Source: an uncultured Gammaproteobacteria bacterium (lineage in GTDB: Bacteria > Patescibacteriota > Microgenomatia > Daviesbacterales > UBA10151). Taken from it: 64,000 nucleotides of DNA. The DNA is taken from the NCBI GenBank assembly GCA_964649615.1, contig CAZYPW010000001.1:33557-97556 (forward strand). The letters run 5' to 3'. Of this stretch, positions 1-10,017 are shown piece by piece; within the stretch, counting starts at the first letter, position 1; each line of letters opens with the position of its first letter. The notes under the pieces were generated by a model that did not search any database, was not told the origin of the DNA, and saw only the letters and a list, made by a program, of their open reading frames with translations. Both the position numbers and the translations under genes were made by a program.

Positions 1-769
1 TAGGGAAAGTGGTTAAAGCCAGTTGTGTTTGTTTAGGTTTTTCCGGAACAATCACCTTGACAGAAGCTTTAGTTATCGCTGGGGGAGGAGCAATAGACGC
101 ATCTACTGTTTCCAGTTTTTGTTTGATGCCTGAGGCTTGAGTGACTAAACCCTGCAAATCAGATAAAGCCTTATTAACCTCTTGGCTATAATTAGGAGAC
201 AGGGTATGAGGGTTTTGAGCAGCTTGTTTGATTTGGGACAGTTGCCTTTCTGTCTGGATAATTCTCATCTGTAAATTCTGGGCTTGTTTGGCTAAATCAA
301 CAGTTTGTTTTAGTTCTTGATGGGAAGGCAGATCAGCAGGAGCAGCTGGCTGGATGGGTTTGGCAGTCTGCTGGATCGGTTGAGGAGCTGAAGGGCTGAC
401 ACTCGGAACCCTGGACATCCCCGACATGTACGTTAAATACCTGCTTTTAAAAAGTGGCTCATCTTGATAGGTTTTATCCCCTTTTTCCCAAATCCTCTTA
501 GTGGGAGAATAAACAGCCTTAAAAAAAGCAATCACCCATTGGTCTAGCGGACGGGCCTGAATAGGCAAAAAAGCAAAAGCTGCACCTAAAGATGCAGAAA
601 TTATTATTAAGGGCCAGCTGATTAAAGGATATCTGCTGGAAGCAAAGACAAAGAGCAGATAGGCAATGCTTGAGCCAGTAGCAAGATAAATAAACTGTTT
701 GAGGGTCATATCCCCTACCAGCTTAAATTGGAAGGTAGTTACATTTTGGGGCACAGGATGTTGTTCCAT
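1..769 (-). CDS. PrgI-family membrane protein, truncated by window edge
   Basis: Manual translation from ATG 769: MEQHPVPQNVTTFQFKLVGDMTLKQFIYLATG..., two hydrophobic segments then a Pro/Gln-rich and coiled-coil region; open to window start. Confidence 0.75.
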   Translation of the reverse strand, partial: MEQHPVPQNVTTFQFKLVGDMTLKQFIYLATGSSIAYLLFVFASSRYPLISWPLIIISASLGAAFAFLPIQARPLDQWVIAFFKAVYSPTKRIWEKGDKTYQDEPLFKSRYLTYMSGMSRVPSVSPSAPQPIQQTAKPIQPAAPADLPSHQELKQTVDLAKQAQNLQMRIIQTERQLSQIKQAAQNPHTLSPNYSQEVNKALSDLQGLVTQASGIKQKLETVDASIAPPPAITKASVKVIVPEKPKQTQLALTTFP

Positions 770-847
770 AGTATTTAATATATACATCGTGAAAAAAATG
801 ATGGCAAGCAGCACAAAACAGATCATTATAGGTCAAATATTTGCCAC

Positions 848-882
848 TTGAAAATTAAAGATTTTCAGGATATCCTGAAAAT
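848..882 (+). promoter_or_regulatory. sigma70-type promoter overlapped by a perfect 22-bp palindrome
   Basis: TTGAAA (848-853), 17 nt, TATCCT (871-876); ATTTTCAGGATATCCTGAAAAT (861-882) is a perfect inverted repeat. Confidence 0.5.
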
Positions 883-1030
883 GTGGTGTTCCATCCCACC
901 TAGCTTTTAGGCAAAGTGGGGAAGGAACAAGGGAACTTGGTGTAAATCCAAGACTGTGCCGCAACTGTAATCGAGAAGCTATAGCTCTGAGCGAGCAAAG
1001 CGAGTCGAAGAGTCAGGAGACCGACCACAT
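881..1030 (+). ncRNA. Cobalamin riboswitch
   Basis: P1 ATGTGGT/ACCACAT; AAGGGAA-CTTGGTGTAAATCCAAG-ACTGTGCCGCAACTGTAA; B12-box-like GAGTCAGGAGACCGACC. Confidence 0.85.
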
Positions 1031-1035
1031 TATAA

Positions 1036-1055
1036 CCCTGAGCAAAGTCGAAGGG
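1036..1055. repeat. Palindromic repeat, CTTCGA..CTCAG family (reverse orientation)
   Basis: CCCTGAGCAAAGTCGAAGGG; related copies at 985, 12852, 39192, 52261, 52565, 52673, 54992, 61913, 63411. Confidence 0.85.
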
Positions 1056-1074
1056 ATCCCGTAGCAGGAAAAAT

Positions 1075-2538
1075 ATGCCAGAACAAGAAACGCTCAAACG
1101 TCCAGAAATTTCACCTCTTATTCAACCTCAAATTGACCCAGGAGGAAAACTGCAGCCTATTTCCTGGCTTAACGATACAAGAATTATACTTAGACCGGAT
1201 GACCGAATTTCCCACCTTGTAGAACCTCAAAGGACTCAAGAAATACCGGTTGCACCTGGATTAGGGAGAAACTCTATTCTTGAAAAAACAGACTGGAATT
1301 CTGAGTTAGAAATAACCACCCTTTTTAAAAACTACAACAGATATACGAAAGAAGGAAAAGCTCCGCAGGAGGCTCTGCAGTTTTCTTTGGAGGAAGTTGA
1401 AGCAAACATCAGAACCTTCACTTTGGAATTTATCCAGGCCAGGCTGGTGATTCCTTTTTTAGTCAGCCTAGATTCCTCATCTGAATATAGCATTCTGTCT
1501 AAATACGATAGCCGTCCTATTGTTTATAAAACCAGTGAACAAGAAAGATTAGGGGGGAATAAGGAAGCAATGATAAAAGTAGATGCTTTTATGAGAGATG
1601 CACCAGTTGGTTCAGTGGCTATTACAAATAGTTCTCCGGGGGAAACCGGCTGGTTTGATAGCCAGGGCAAAAAGATTATTTATGATGATAACCAGATGAC
1701 TTTTTACGTAAAAGATGAGAACAGTTTTTATGCTTTCACCATAGTTTCAGATTTAAATTATGACCAATCAAGAAGTTATTCCATTGGATTTGGTATTGAT
1801 GAAGTAAGGCTGAATGGTAGTACAGAGATGGAAAGAGTTTCTAACTTGGTGAGAAATCCAATTCTACTTTCCCGTCCCCAATCAGGGCAATCTCCAGTTG
1901 ATGATGCGATAAATAGAATCCTGGCCATCAGGGGAACAGGCATGATTAGAATCAAGAAAAAAGATGGTATACCTGAATATAAACCTGTTTCAGAGTTAGT
2001 GGAAGGTATTAAAAATAGAGAAAATATGCTTAATTTTTGTGAGGAAGCAGAGCAGGTAATCAGCCAGCTAAGAGTTTTTGTTTTTTCTCAAATAGATCAG
2101 TTAGGAGATTTTAGTATTCAAGAAACCATTTCTGAGGTGGTTGATAAAGCAATACTTGAAATTACGCGTATAAATCGTCCTAAAAGTTCCAAAACAGAGA
2201 TCAGAAAAGTTAGTCCCAGCAGCGCTGTTTATTTTAATAAACCCACTATAGCTTCATACACCCCAGATGTAGCAGAATGGATGCAAAGAGATTATAGAGG
2301 AGAAATTGCTTATTTAGAAAATCAAAAAGGATGTGCAGGAGGAAGTAGGATGGGGACATTTAGTATTGGTTCTTCTGCAGTAGTATCTTTTGGGGGAGTA
2401 TCTTCATCTGGAAGTAGGATTTTTAGCTTCGGATCTACCTCTTTGGAATCAAGTAAAAAAGGCAAAACCTGTGTTGGCTGTGGCGAGGTAAACTACTGTA
2501 CTAAAGATTGTTATAAATGCGGAGGGATGTTAATTTAA
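1075..2538 (+). CDS. Hypothetical protein with Ser/Gly-rich linker and C-terminal Cys-rich putative Zn ribbon
   Basis: 487-aa ORF ending CVGCGEVNYCTKDCYKCGG; no family recognised. Confidence 0.7.
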   Translation: MPEQETLKRPEISPLIQPQIDPGGKLQPISWLNDTRIILRPDDRISHLVEPQRTQEIPVAPGLGRNSILEKTDWNSELEITTLFKNYNRYTKEGKAPQEALQFSLEEVEANIRTFTLEFIQARLVIPFLVSLDSSSEYSILSKYDSRPIVYKTSEQERLGGNKEAMIKVDAFMRDAPVGSVAITNSSPGETGWFDSQGKKIIYDDNQMTFYVKDENSFYAFTIVSDLNYDQSRSYSIGFGIDEVRLNGSTEMERVSNLVRNPILLSRPQSGQSPVDDAINRILAIRGTGMIRIKKKDGIPEYKPVSELVEGIKNRENMLNFCEEAEQVISQLRVFVFSQIDQLGDFSIQETISEVVDKAILEITRINRPKSSKTEIRKVSPSSAVYFNKPTIASYTPDVAEWMQRDYRGEIAYLENQKGCAGGSRMGTFSIGSSAVVSFGGVSSSGSRIFSFGSTSLESSKKGKTCVGCGEVNYCTKDCYKCGGMLI

Positions 2539-2576
2539 ACATTGACAAGGTTAGCTAAGTTAGACAATATAAAATC

Positions 2577-2660
2577 ATGCAAACAGTTAGCCTTACTCAA
2601 ACAAAGATAAATTTTTACTAAGCAGGGAAAACCAGTGGTAAAGCTAGAAACTTATGGCAG
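2577..2660 (+). pseudogene. Degenerate Phd/YefM antitoxin remnant
   Basis: MQTVSLTQTK then, in another frame, FTKQGKPVVKLETY (Phd-like 'TKxGKPVA' motif); TTGACA at 2542. Confidence 0.4.
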
Positions 2661-2707
2661 AAGTAACGAATTTGACAAATCGTAAGGTTTGTTATAATAT
2701 TAGAGAT

Positions 2708-3025
2708 ATGTTAAACACAAACATTGTTTCTATAGATGAACTTCGTTCTAACCTGGCTGATATTATCAACCGCGTAACATATGCTAATGATAAGGTAGTG
2801 GTTAAAAAGTACAACCGGGAAGCAGCTGTTCTTATCAGTTTGGATGAATACGAAAAGCTTTTGGATCCTAGGAAGAGGTTAAGCAAGACTGCATGGGAAA
2901 AAAGTTTCAAAAAACTTGATAAAATACGAGCTAGAATCCCTAAAATGGACCCAGTAGAATTAGATAAAATTATTGATGAGGAGGTGGAAGTGGTTAGGGC
3001 AGAGAAAAGGGCTAGAGGTGAATGA
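2708..3025 (+). CDS. Phd/YefM-family antitoxin
   Basis: VSIDELRSNLADIINRV...VVVKKYNREAAVLISLDEYE; ATG 2708 follows TTGACA/TATAAT (track start 2654); overlaps the PIN gene. Confidence 0.8.
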   Translation: MLNTNIVSIDELRSNLADIINRVTYANDKVVVKKYNREAAVLISLDEYEKLLDPRKRLSKTAWEKSFKKLDKIRARIPKMDPVELDKIIDEEVEVVRAEKRARGE

Positions 3026-3450
3026 TTCGAACAGTATTAGACACGAATACTTTAGTTAGCGCTGTTATCAACATTGGATCGTCTGTAGCTGCTGAGATTT
3101 ATCAAAATTGCAAAGATAATCACTTTGTACTGGTAATTTCTCCACAAATTTTGTCAGAGCTTGATGAAGTTTTGCATCGAGAAAAAGTGATAAAAGCCCA
3201 CAAAAGATCTGATAAAGAGTTACAGGAGATAATGAACGGATTATCCAGAGTCAGTTTATCTGTCACCGGTAATTTTAGAATAGAAGTAGTAAGAGATCCA
3301 TCAGATGATAAAATTCTTTCAGCAGCGCTTGAAGGGAAAGCTGATTATATTGTCAGTAGAGATAGAGATTTACTTGACCTTAATCAATACCAAGGGATTA
3401 AAATTATCACCCCCGAAGAATTTATGGGAATTCTTAGAGCAAATAAATAA
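3022..3450 (+). CDS. PIN-domain (VapC-like) toxin
   Basis: VLDTNTLVSA, RDPSDDKILSAA, ADYIVSRDRDLL motifs. Confidence 0.85.
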   Translation: MIRTVLDTNTLVSAVINIGSSVAAEIYQNCKDNHFVLVISPQILSELDEVLHREKVIKAHKRSDKELQEIMNGLSRVSLSVTGNFRIEVVRDPSDDKILSAALEGKADYIVSRDRDLLDLNQYQGIKIITPEEFMGILRANK

Positions 3451-3603
3451 TCCAAGCTCAATCCCGTCAGGATTATGTTAGTTTTTAATCAAGCTACTTT
3501 ATAACTTTTTTAGTAAGATAGACTCGTCAAGTAAGTTGACACAAAGTTTGGGAAATTCTATGCTGGATAAAGGCCATAGAATTTTTCCAAGAAAGGAAAA
3601 TAT

Positions 3604-6600
3604 ATGGCAGAAAGAATTATGGCAGATGCAGGGATACCAACAGAAGGAGCTTCACCAACAGAGCCAGCAACTGGTCCATCTCCAGAAGCAGGTGTTCAAC
3701 AGTCTGTCAAATCAGTTGGTTTTTTGGAAGAATACGACCCAAGTAAAAATTATACTTTTAGGCAAGAAGGCATTTACTCTGTTGCTGTTGATCCGCAAAC
3801 AGGTAAAGAAGTAGCCAGAGTACCAAGAATAGAAGGAGGAGCTTTACCTAATTGGCTTAAACCGTTCAGCCCTACTTTTAATAGTTTTTTTCAAGATTAC
3901 ACTAGAGTTTCAAAAGAATTTGCAGAAATAGAAGCTGTTCCTCGCCAGCATGTTCCGCGTCCCCACCGCTTTGAGTTTCATGCAATGTATGATCAACGGT
4001 TTAGGGAGTTTCATAGAGTTAAAACAGGCGTTGACCAATTTGTTGATAGTGCTTTGCAAAGAGGGCTTCTACATTTTGTTATTAATGATTTAAAAGCTTT
4101 GCATGTGCGTGCAACTCAACGTGTTAGCCGCTCAGAATTTGGATCTGAATCAGCTTCAGACTGGCAAGCTGAGCTGCGCAATTTTGCAGAAGGAGGCTAT
4201 AAGGAAACATTCTGGAATTATGGAGACGATGTTTTAAGAGCAGTATTTGGCAATATTCCCATAACAGTATTGCGTGAACAGTATGAAGGTGTAGGAGCTT
4301 TTGTAGCCTCCAAAATAGCAATTGCTTTAGAAAAAGACCTCAAAGGAATTGCTTTATCACCAGGCGAACTAGGCGATAGAATTTTTAGAGAGATAAAGGA
4401 AGATCGAAATCGGGCAGAAGAAAGAAGAAGAGAAAGAGCTACTGCTGATGAGATGTTGACATATAGTGATTGGAGAGAACGCTTTGATTTTAACTGGGCG
4501 CAAACCCCTGAAGAGCTGGAACTTTCCGTTTTTGCCTGGCTGGAGAAATTTGTGGCCCATTTGCCAGAAGCCACAATAGAAGAACTTAACAATGAATCAC
4601 TTACCTGGAAACGCAATGCTGTCAGTGCTCTGGAAAAAGCAGCTAACAGGTTGCGTATTTCAGAAAAAGACCCTTTTTATAAAGAACTAAAAGGTACAAT
4701 TGAGGGATATGTTGAGGTGCTCCGGGGAGTAAAGTTTTTGGAAACAGATGGTGGAGCCGAAGCCCACACGGTTGCCCTGGAAGAATTTGCCCATAATTTT
4801 AATGAAAAGCATGATGCTATTTATTTAGGCAATGCCAAATCTGCCATTATTCAAGCCTTTCTTGCCAAGCATAAGAATATTGCGATGGGAGATGATGGAA
4901 ATATTGAGAAGCCTCAATTCGGTGATATAGAAGATTTCAGGGGGAATATAGAAGAGCAGGCCAAAAGATATGCAGCAACCCATGAATTATATATCAGACC
5001 AGAAGATTTTGAGGAGAGAAGGATACAAAATAACGAGGGTTACGGGTGGGATGATGTAGTTGAGGAATTATTGCTTGTAGATAGTAGAGGTATGGCTCAA
5101 GCAGCTGTTTTAACAGATCCTATTGCTCAGGCAGAAGCTATAGTAAAAGTAGCTACCAGGACAGGTGTATTCAAAAACATAAAAGAAAGGTTAGACAAAG
5201 AAGAAGGATTTGACAGCTTGACTGTAGATCAAAGAAGGGATGTTATCAGAGACAGGATAAAAGCCAAGATTAGCCTGGCAGGTAATCAGCAGTTGCTCAG
5301 TGAAATTAATGCCATGAATCAAACAGAAGCTGACCAGGCATTATGGAAATACGTAAGAGATTTTAACCGAAAAATGGAAAGCCAGGGCCATAGGCTCTGG
5401 TTCCCCAGTAACTGGGATACAGTTAGATTAAGCATTAATAGGTCAACTAAGTTAGTAGACAGGGTTTTATCTGAAGAAGAACTGGAGGCCATGATAGAAG
5501 AAGTCAGCCCTTTTGTTATAGGTGGTAAACCAATTATGATTGATAAATTAACCCCTGAACAGATTGAGGCAGAAATAGCAAAAATAGCCGGGTTAAGTAC
5601 TACACAGAAGAGAGAACTACTGGAAGATGCTTTATTTGATAAACAACAAAGAGAAACTGAGGCAGAGAGGGCCTTTAATATCAATAGAGCTTATCAAAAA
5701 TTCTTAGGAGTGGATGCTAGGTGGGGCGGTATGGCTGTCAGAGTAGTTAATGATGATGGAGAGGTAGTACTAAGAAACGTCTGGGATATAGCACAAGAGA
5801 TATTGAAAGCCAAGATTGATGCAGAAGAGGCAGTTATCGAAGCCCAAGTGATTACCCACGAGGCAGCATTAAGAGCAAGAGGCGGATTAACAGCTGCTGA
5901 AATAGAGAAAGCAGTAACTGAAAGAAGAAGAATGTTAAGGCGGGATTCCACATTTGGCGCTACCTTAGCCTTAAGAGAAATAGGCATTGCTAACGATTTG
6001 CCAATCTGGAATTACTATTATTACAATGATCCTCAACGCATTCAAACTTTTGCCCCACTTGTAGGATATACCCATAATGATAAGACAGAAATAATAGAAC
6101 TTTTAGATAGGGGCAGAAGAGAAATGAGGGCGGTTTGGGATTATCTGGCAGATACTTATATGGATGGTAAAATCTTAATGGTAAAAGATGAACCAAATGT
6201 AACAGTAGATGCAAGCGGCCAGCCAGCAAATTTCCATCAAGAGAGAATGGATCGGGCAAGGGTCATTAATGAGGCTGGTGTATCAGTTTTAAGAGAAGTA
6301 TTTGAAGCCAGGTTTCAGCTTTCAACCAGTGGTGGAGTAGAAGTAGTTGACCTAATTTCCAGGGTAGGAGATTTAGGAATATATGATTTGCTTTGGGAAA
6401 TGGGGTGTAAGGATTTTAGGGAGTTTCAGGGATTTATTAAAAGAAGAGATGAAGTGGAGCTAAGAAAACAAAGTTTTTGGAATATCAGACAGTGGAGGGA
6501 CCCAATTACTTATGCAAAAAGGTTACGAGGGGCACATGCTGCCAGGCCATACCTGACAGGAGGAGATGTCAAAGGACAACGCAAACCTGGCTTGCTTCAG

Positions 6601-7377
6601 GAACCAATGATGGGTGCTTATAAATTTAGAGATGCGTTTGTTGATAGAAATAGCTGGGGAGGTAGTGGAAGCAGTGAAATAAAAAATAAAATAGATCAGA
6701 CTAACAGCGAGTTTAAGAAAGTACTCCAAGAGATTCTTGAGAATGATGGGAATTTTGCGAAATTAACTGTGCAAGAGCAAGATAAAGTGGTCGAAACAGG
6801 AGCTGGCATCTTAAGCACCCTGATAGAATATATGGAGGCTCTAAGGTATAAGATGAACAGAGCCGGGCTGGCTCCCAAAAATTGGAAATTGGACAATGAA
6901 TTAATATTTAGGCATTATGCCATAGAATTGTTAAAGAGGGCTCCATTACCAGGCAAAGCAGAAATCTTGGGAGGGGGTGAAAAGTTAGGAGATCAGGATT
7001 TAGGTTATGCTGTACAAGGCAGAAGTAAGTTGGCTATTAAGATATATGAAAATATTTTAAGAACCAGTTCTTACCATATTCTAGTGGGAAAAGACCGTCA
7101 AGTTTTTGATGATAAAGGTGTGGAGATTAAAGCAAGGATGGATACTGAACGAGCAAGGATACAGGCACAACCGTTAACTCCTGAACAACAGAACAGAGTT
7201 AATGCAAGAAGGACTTATCTAGCCTCTCTTAATACCACACCAGATATGCTAAATGAGGAGATTGCTAGATTAGAAAAACACTACAGGGAAGAAAGGCTCC
7301 ATAAAGAATTTGTGGGAGAGTGGCCAGCTAAATTAGCAGAAGCTGCCGAGCAATTACTACCGTTAAAACTTGGGTAA
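3604..7377 (+). CDS. Large hypothetical, helical/coiled-coil-rich protein
   Basis: Uninterrupted 1257-aa ORF; Pro/Ala/Glu-rich N-terminus; no recognised domain. Confidence 0.75.
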   Translation: MAERIMADAGIPTEGASPTEPATGPSPEAGVQQSVKSVGFLEEYDPSKNYTFRQEGIYSVAVDPQTGKEVARVPRIEGGALPNWLKPFSPTFNSFFQDYTRVSKEFAEIEAVPRQHVPRPHRFEFHAMYDQRFREFHRVKTGVDQFVDSALQRGLLHFVINDLKALHVRATQRVSRSEFGSESASDWQAELRNFAEGGYKETFWNYGDDVLRAVFGNIPITVLREQYEGVGAFVASKIAIALEKDLKGIALSPGELGDRIFREIKEDRNRAEERRRERATADEMLTYSDWRERFDFNWAQTPEELELSVFAWLEKFVAHLPEATIEELNNESLTWKRNAVSALEKAANRLRISEKDPFYKELKGTIEGYVEVLRGVKFLETDGGAEAHTVALEEFAHNFNEKHDAIYLGNAKSAIIQAFLAKHKNIAMGDDGNIEKPQFGDIEDFRGNIEEQAKRYAATHELYIRPEDFEERRIQNNEGYGWDDVVEELLLVDSRGMAQAAVLTDPIAQAEAIVKVATRTGVFKNIKERLDKEEGFDSLTVDQRRDVIRDRIKAKISLAGNQQLLSEINAMNQTEADQALWKYVRDFNRKMESQGHRLWFPSNWDTVRLSINRSTKLVDRVLSEEELEAMIEEVSPFVIGGKPIMIDKLTPEQIEAEIAKIAGLSTTQKRELLEDALFDKQQRETEAERAFNINRAYQKFLGVDARWGGMAVRVVNDDGEVVLRNVWDIAQEILKAKIDAEEAVIEAQVITHEAALRARGGLTAAEIEKAVTERRRMLRRDSTFGATLALREIGIANDLPIWNYYYYNDPQRIQTFAPLVGYTHNDKTEIIELLDRGRREMRAVWDYLADTYMDGKILMVKDEPNVTVDASGQPANFHQERMDRARVINEAGVSVLREVFEARFQLSTSGGVEVVDLISRVGDLGIYDLLWEMGCKDFREFQGFIKRRDEVELRKQSFWNIRQWRDPITYAKRLRGAHAARPYLTGGDVKGQRKPGLLQEPMMGAYKFRDAFVDRNSWGGSGSSEIKNKIDQTNSEFKKVLQEILENDGNFAKLTVQEQDKVVETGAGILSTLIEYMEALRYKMNRAGLAPKNWKLDNELIFRHYAIELLKRAPLPGKAEILGGGEKLGDQDLGYAVQGRSKLAIKIYENILRTSSYHILVGKDRQVFDDKGVEIKARMDTERARIQAQPLTPEQQNRVNARRTYLASLNTTPDMLNEEIARLEKHYREERLHKEFVGEWPAKLAEAAEQLLPLKLG

Positions 7378-7392
7378 TGTAAACTCTTTGTA

Positions 7393-9174
7393 TTAAGGCG
7401 ATTTTCTTTTCCACTTAAGAGGATTCCAGGGTGAAGCACTTCGATCTATGAATGTTCCTATACCGGGTTTCGTAGGACCATATTCGAATCCTCCAGTGCC
7501 AGGGTTAAGATAGTATCCCTTCTCTCCAAAAATATTCTGTTTAAACATTCCCCCTTGGCCACGAATAGCACCTGCTCCTTGTTCATAGTATCCTCTACCA
7601 CCCCTGATACCTCCTGATACTTCCTGTCCAATTAATTGTCCTGCCTGGCCCATTTTACCAATAGCGCTGACAATTATATCCGGAATTTTAGGCAATGCCA
7701 TTAAAGCTCCAAAAGCCAGTAAAATCTTAATAAATCCTAAATCTAAACCTCCAAACAAAGGGAAAGCAGTACCCTCTACAATATTAATTTTATCTGCGGC
7801 ATATACCGCTGGGACAAAGCTACTTTCTTCCATCTGGTTTGATTGAGTTACTTTAAGGGGGCCACCATAATCCTGACCCATTAAAAAGGCTACGAAATAA
7901 AATACAGCTAAAACAGCAGGAAATACTAAGATATTAGCAAGCAGCTTCAGCATCCAGCCGGTAGCAATGCTCTGCCTGCCTGGTAAAGCAGCTGCTAAAA
8001 AATGAAAAGGGGCACTAATTGTTAGGAAAATAATTGTTAAATAACTAGCGAGTAAACGCAAAAGCAGTTTTAACATCTGATATATTAGGGCAAAGGTGGC
8101 GATAAAACTTAACATCAATCCTACCCATGTGGTAGGAAAAGTAGCCACTGTTACCCCAGCAACTAGATTTATTAAAGGACTGGCAATCAGCCCATAAGGA
8201 GGAGGGATAGCTCCTGACAAGGGACTGATAAGTTGAGCACTAATAAAACCTGCCAGCAGCCTGATATAAAATTGAGTTTCACCGTTCATTTTCTCTAGGA
8301 TAGCGCCTAAGGCTTTAGAGGCATCATCCCAGGTAATGATATTTAGGAAGGGGCTAAAAATACTCAACATACTCTCAACAGAGATATGTTGTACTAGGTT
8401 TGTTCTTTGGGGATCATCTAGCTCATTTTGAGCAGCAGCAAAGAAATAACCCACAGCATTTGTGCCTATAAAAGCCGTATCTGAGATAGCTGCTGCCATA
8501 AAGTAACTGAATGTGATAAGGATCAGACCAAGTACTAATCCTGGTAATGCAGCCTGTGCTGTGATTACAGTTTGAGGATTAATTCTATTTCTAAACATTA
8601 CCATTAACCCAATAACTACAAAGATAATCACCATAATTAAGTAAGCTATATTTCTTGACACTTCCCAAAGTCTCAATACTGGATCTAAAACCCTAGCTGC
8701 TGATCCTACTACTTGAGCATTAACGGGTTTTACTATGCCAAATCCCTTTCCCACATAAGCTATATAATTGACTGTTCTAACAGGAGGATTGGTATACAAA
8801 GCAGTAATTAAGGAAGTTGTTGAACCTAATACCCCTCCTGATAAATCAACTTGGGATAAAACCGGTACCCCGGAAACATAAGTTAAACAAGGCTGGCCAA
8901 TTACAGATTGGCCAATCCCTAAACAAGAAAAAGTATGAAACATATTATGGATTAAAAGATCAGTGTAGATGGGAGAGGTGGGGGAGATGGTAGATGGTAG
9001 ATGGTAGTTGGTAGTTGGTAGTGGAGAAGCAGAAGGGGTAGATGTCTGAGCATGGATAGGAGTAGCATAAAGCGTAAAAGTTAAAAGGCAAAAGGTAAAA
9101 GTCAAAAATGCAAGTAAAAAGTAAAAAGTTTTTAGAAATTTTGAATTTTGAATTGTAATTTTGACATTTGACAT
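7393..9174 (-). CDS. Polytopic membrane protein, VirB6/TrbL-like
   Basis: Many TM segments; LWEVSRNIAY...IGLMVMFR...QAALPGLVLGLILITFSY; directly downstream of the pilin array. Confidence 0.6.
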   Translation of the reverse strand: MSNVKITIQNSKFLKTFYFLLAFLTFTFCLLTFTLYATPIHAQTSTPSASPLPTTNYHLPSTISPTSPIYTDLLIHNMFHTFSCLGIGQSVIGQPCLTYVSGVPVLSQVDLSGGVLGSTTSLITALYTNPPVRTVNYIAYVGKGFGIVKPVNAQVVGSAARVLDPVLRLWEVSRNIAYLIMVIIFVVIGLMVMFRNRINPQTVITAQAALPGLVLGLILITFSYFMAAAISDTAFIGTNAVGYFFAAAQNELDDPQRTNLVQHISVESMLSIFSPFLNIITWDDASKALGAILEKMNGETQFYIRLLAGFISAQLISPLSGAIPPPYGLIASPLINLVAGVTVATFPTTWVGLMLSFIATFALIYQMLKLLLRLLASYLTIIFLTISAPFHFLAAALPGRQSIATGWMLKLLANILVFPAVLAVFYFVAFLMGQDYGGPLKVTQSNQMEESSFVPAVYAADKINIVEGTAFPLFGGLDLGFIKILLAFGALMALPKIPDIIVSAIGKMGQAGQLIGQEVSGGIRGGRGYYEQGAGAIRGQGGMFKQNIFGEKGYYLNPGTGGFEYGPTKPGIGTFIDRSASPWNPLKWKRKSP

Positions 9175-9184
9175 TTGAATTTTG
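9076..9184 (-). repeat. Heptamer-arm inverted element, empty copy, encoding the start and signal peptide of the 593-aa gene
   Basis: CAAAATT CAAATGT CAAATGT CAAAATT ACAATT CAAAATT CAAAATT followed by a T-rich arm. Confidence 0.75.
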
Positions 9185-9229
9185 ACCTTTCTTCCTAAGA
9201 TTAAACCAAAACTTAAATACTTTCAAGTT

Positions 9230-9538
9230 TTAAGGTTTGCACCAATCAGTGCCACCAAAGTTACATAAAATTCCAATATTAAAAGAAGTTACCTCAACTC
9301 CTGTGGCTATTTGTATGAGCTGTAGTATCAGCCACCCTACTGCCATAAAAACTATGCCTAAGAGTGCCCAGGTAATGGTCATTTTGGCAGCTTCCAAGTT
9401 TTTAGGGTCTCCACCTGACCTTAAATATTTATATCCTGCAAAAGTAATCATCACAAACATAGTAATAATCCCCAAGCCTACAATTGAGGAAATGATGCTA
9501 TTTAAAATATCTTGTATTTGTTGTAATCCAGCAGGCAT
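9230..9538 (-). CDS. VirB2/TrbC-like pilin
   Basis: Two TM helices around AGYKYLRSGGDPKNLEAAKMTITWALLG. Confidence 0.75.
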   Translation of the reverse strand: MPAGLQQIQDILNSIISSIVGLGIITMFVMITFAGYKYLRSGGDPKNLEAAKMTITWALLGIVFMAVGWLILQLIQIATGVEVTSFNIGILCNFGGTDWCKP

Positions 9539-9589
9539 ATATCTAAAGTAACACTATATCAAATACGATGGTATATATAAATTAATTAA

Positions 9590-9964
9590 TTACGGAGCGG
9601 TAGGTATGGTAATCTTTGTTAGGCCACCGCTAAATCCTAAGAATTCAGCTGCCACATTTGCCAAAGCAAAAGCCACTGCCAAAACTGCCAGCCCAATTAG
9701 GGCATTAACTATTTTACTTCTGGCTTTGCCAACAGCTTCTTTATCTCCGCCAGAAGTAATCCAATCAAATGCTCCCCATACCAGATAGATTAATACTAAA
9801 AGTAAGGCCACAGCAAAAGCCAGTTGTATAACATTACCTATAAATACCCCTATATCTTTATAGCCTTGGGTAGGGGCTTGAATATTAAGATCAAAAACAG
9901 CATAAGCACTGGCTGCTGCAATAAAATAAGTTACAGCAGAAGAAACAATGGCTAATTTTTTCAT
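9590..9964 (-). CDS. VirB2/TrbC-like pilin
   Basis: Signal peptide; GAFDWITSGGDKEAVGKARSKIVNALIG. Confidence 0.8.
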   Translation of the reverse strand: MKKLAIVSSAVTYFIAAASAYAVFDLNIQAPTQGYKDIGVFIGNVIQLAFAVALLLVLIYLVWGAFDWITSGGDKEAVGKARSKIVNALIGLAVLAVAFALANVAAEFLGFSGGLTKITIPTAP

Positions 9965-10017
9965 TACTTATTTAAGTATATCTCTATTAAAAATATCTTG
10001 TCAAGTCCCGGTTAATT

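Noticed and set aside
900-1097. 65-aa minus-strand ORF
   Set aside because: Antisense to the riboswitch; its PFDFAQG peptide is just the translated palindrome.
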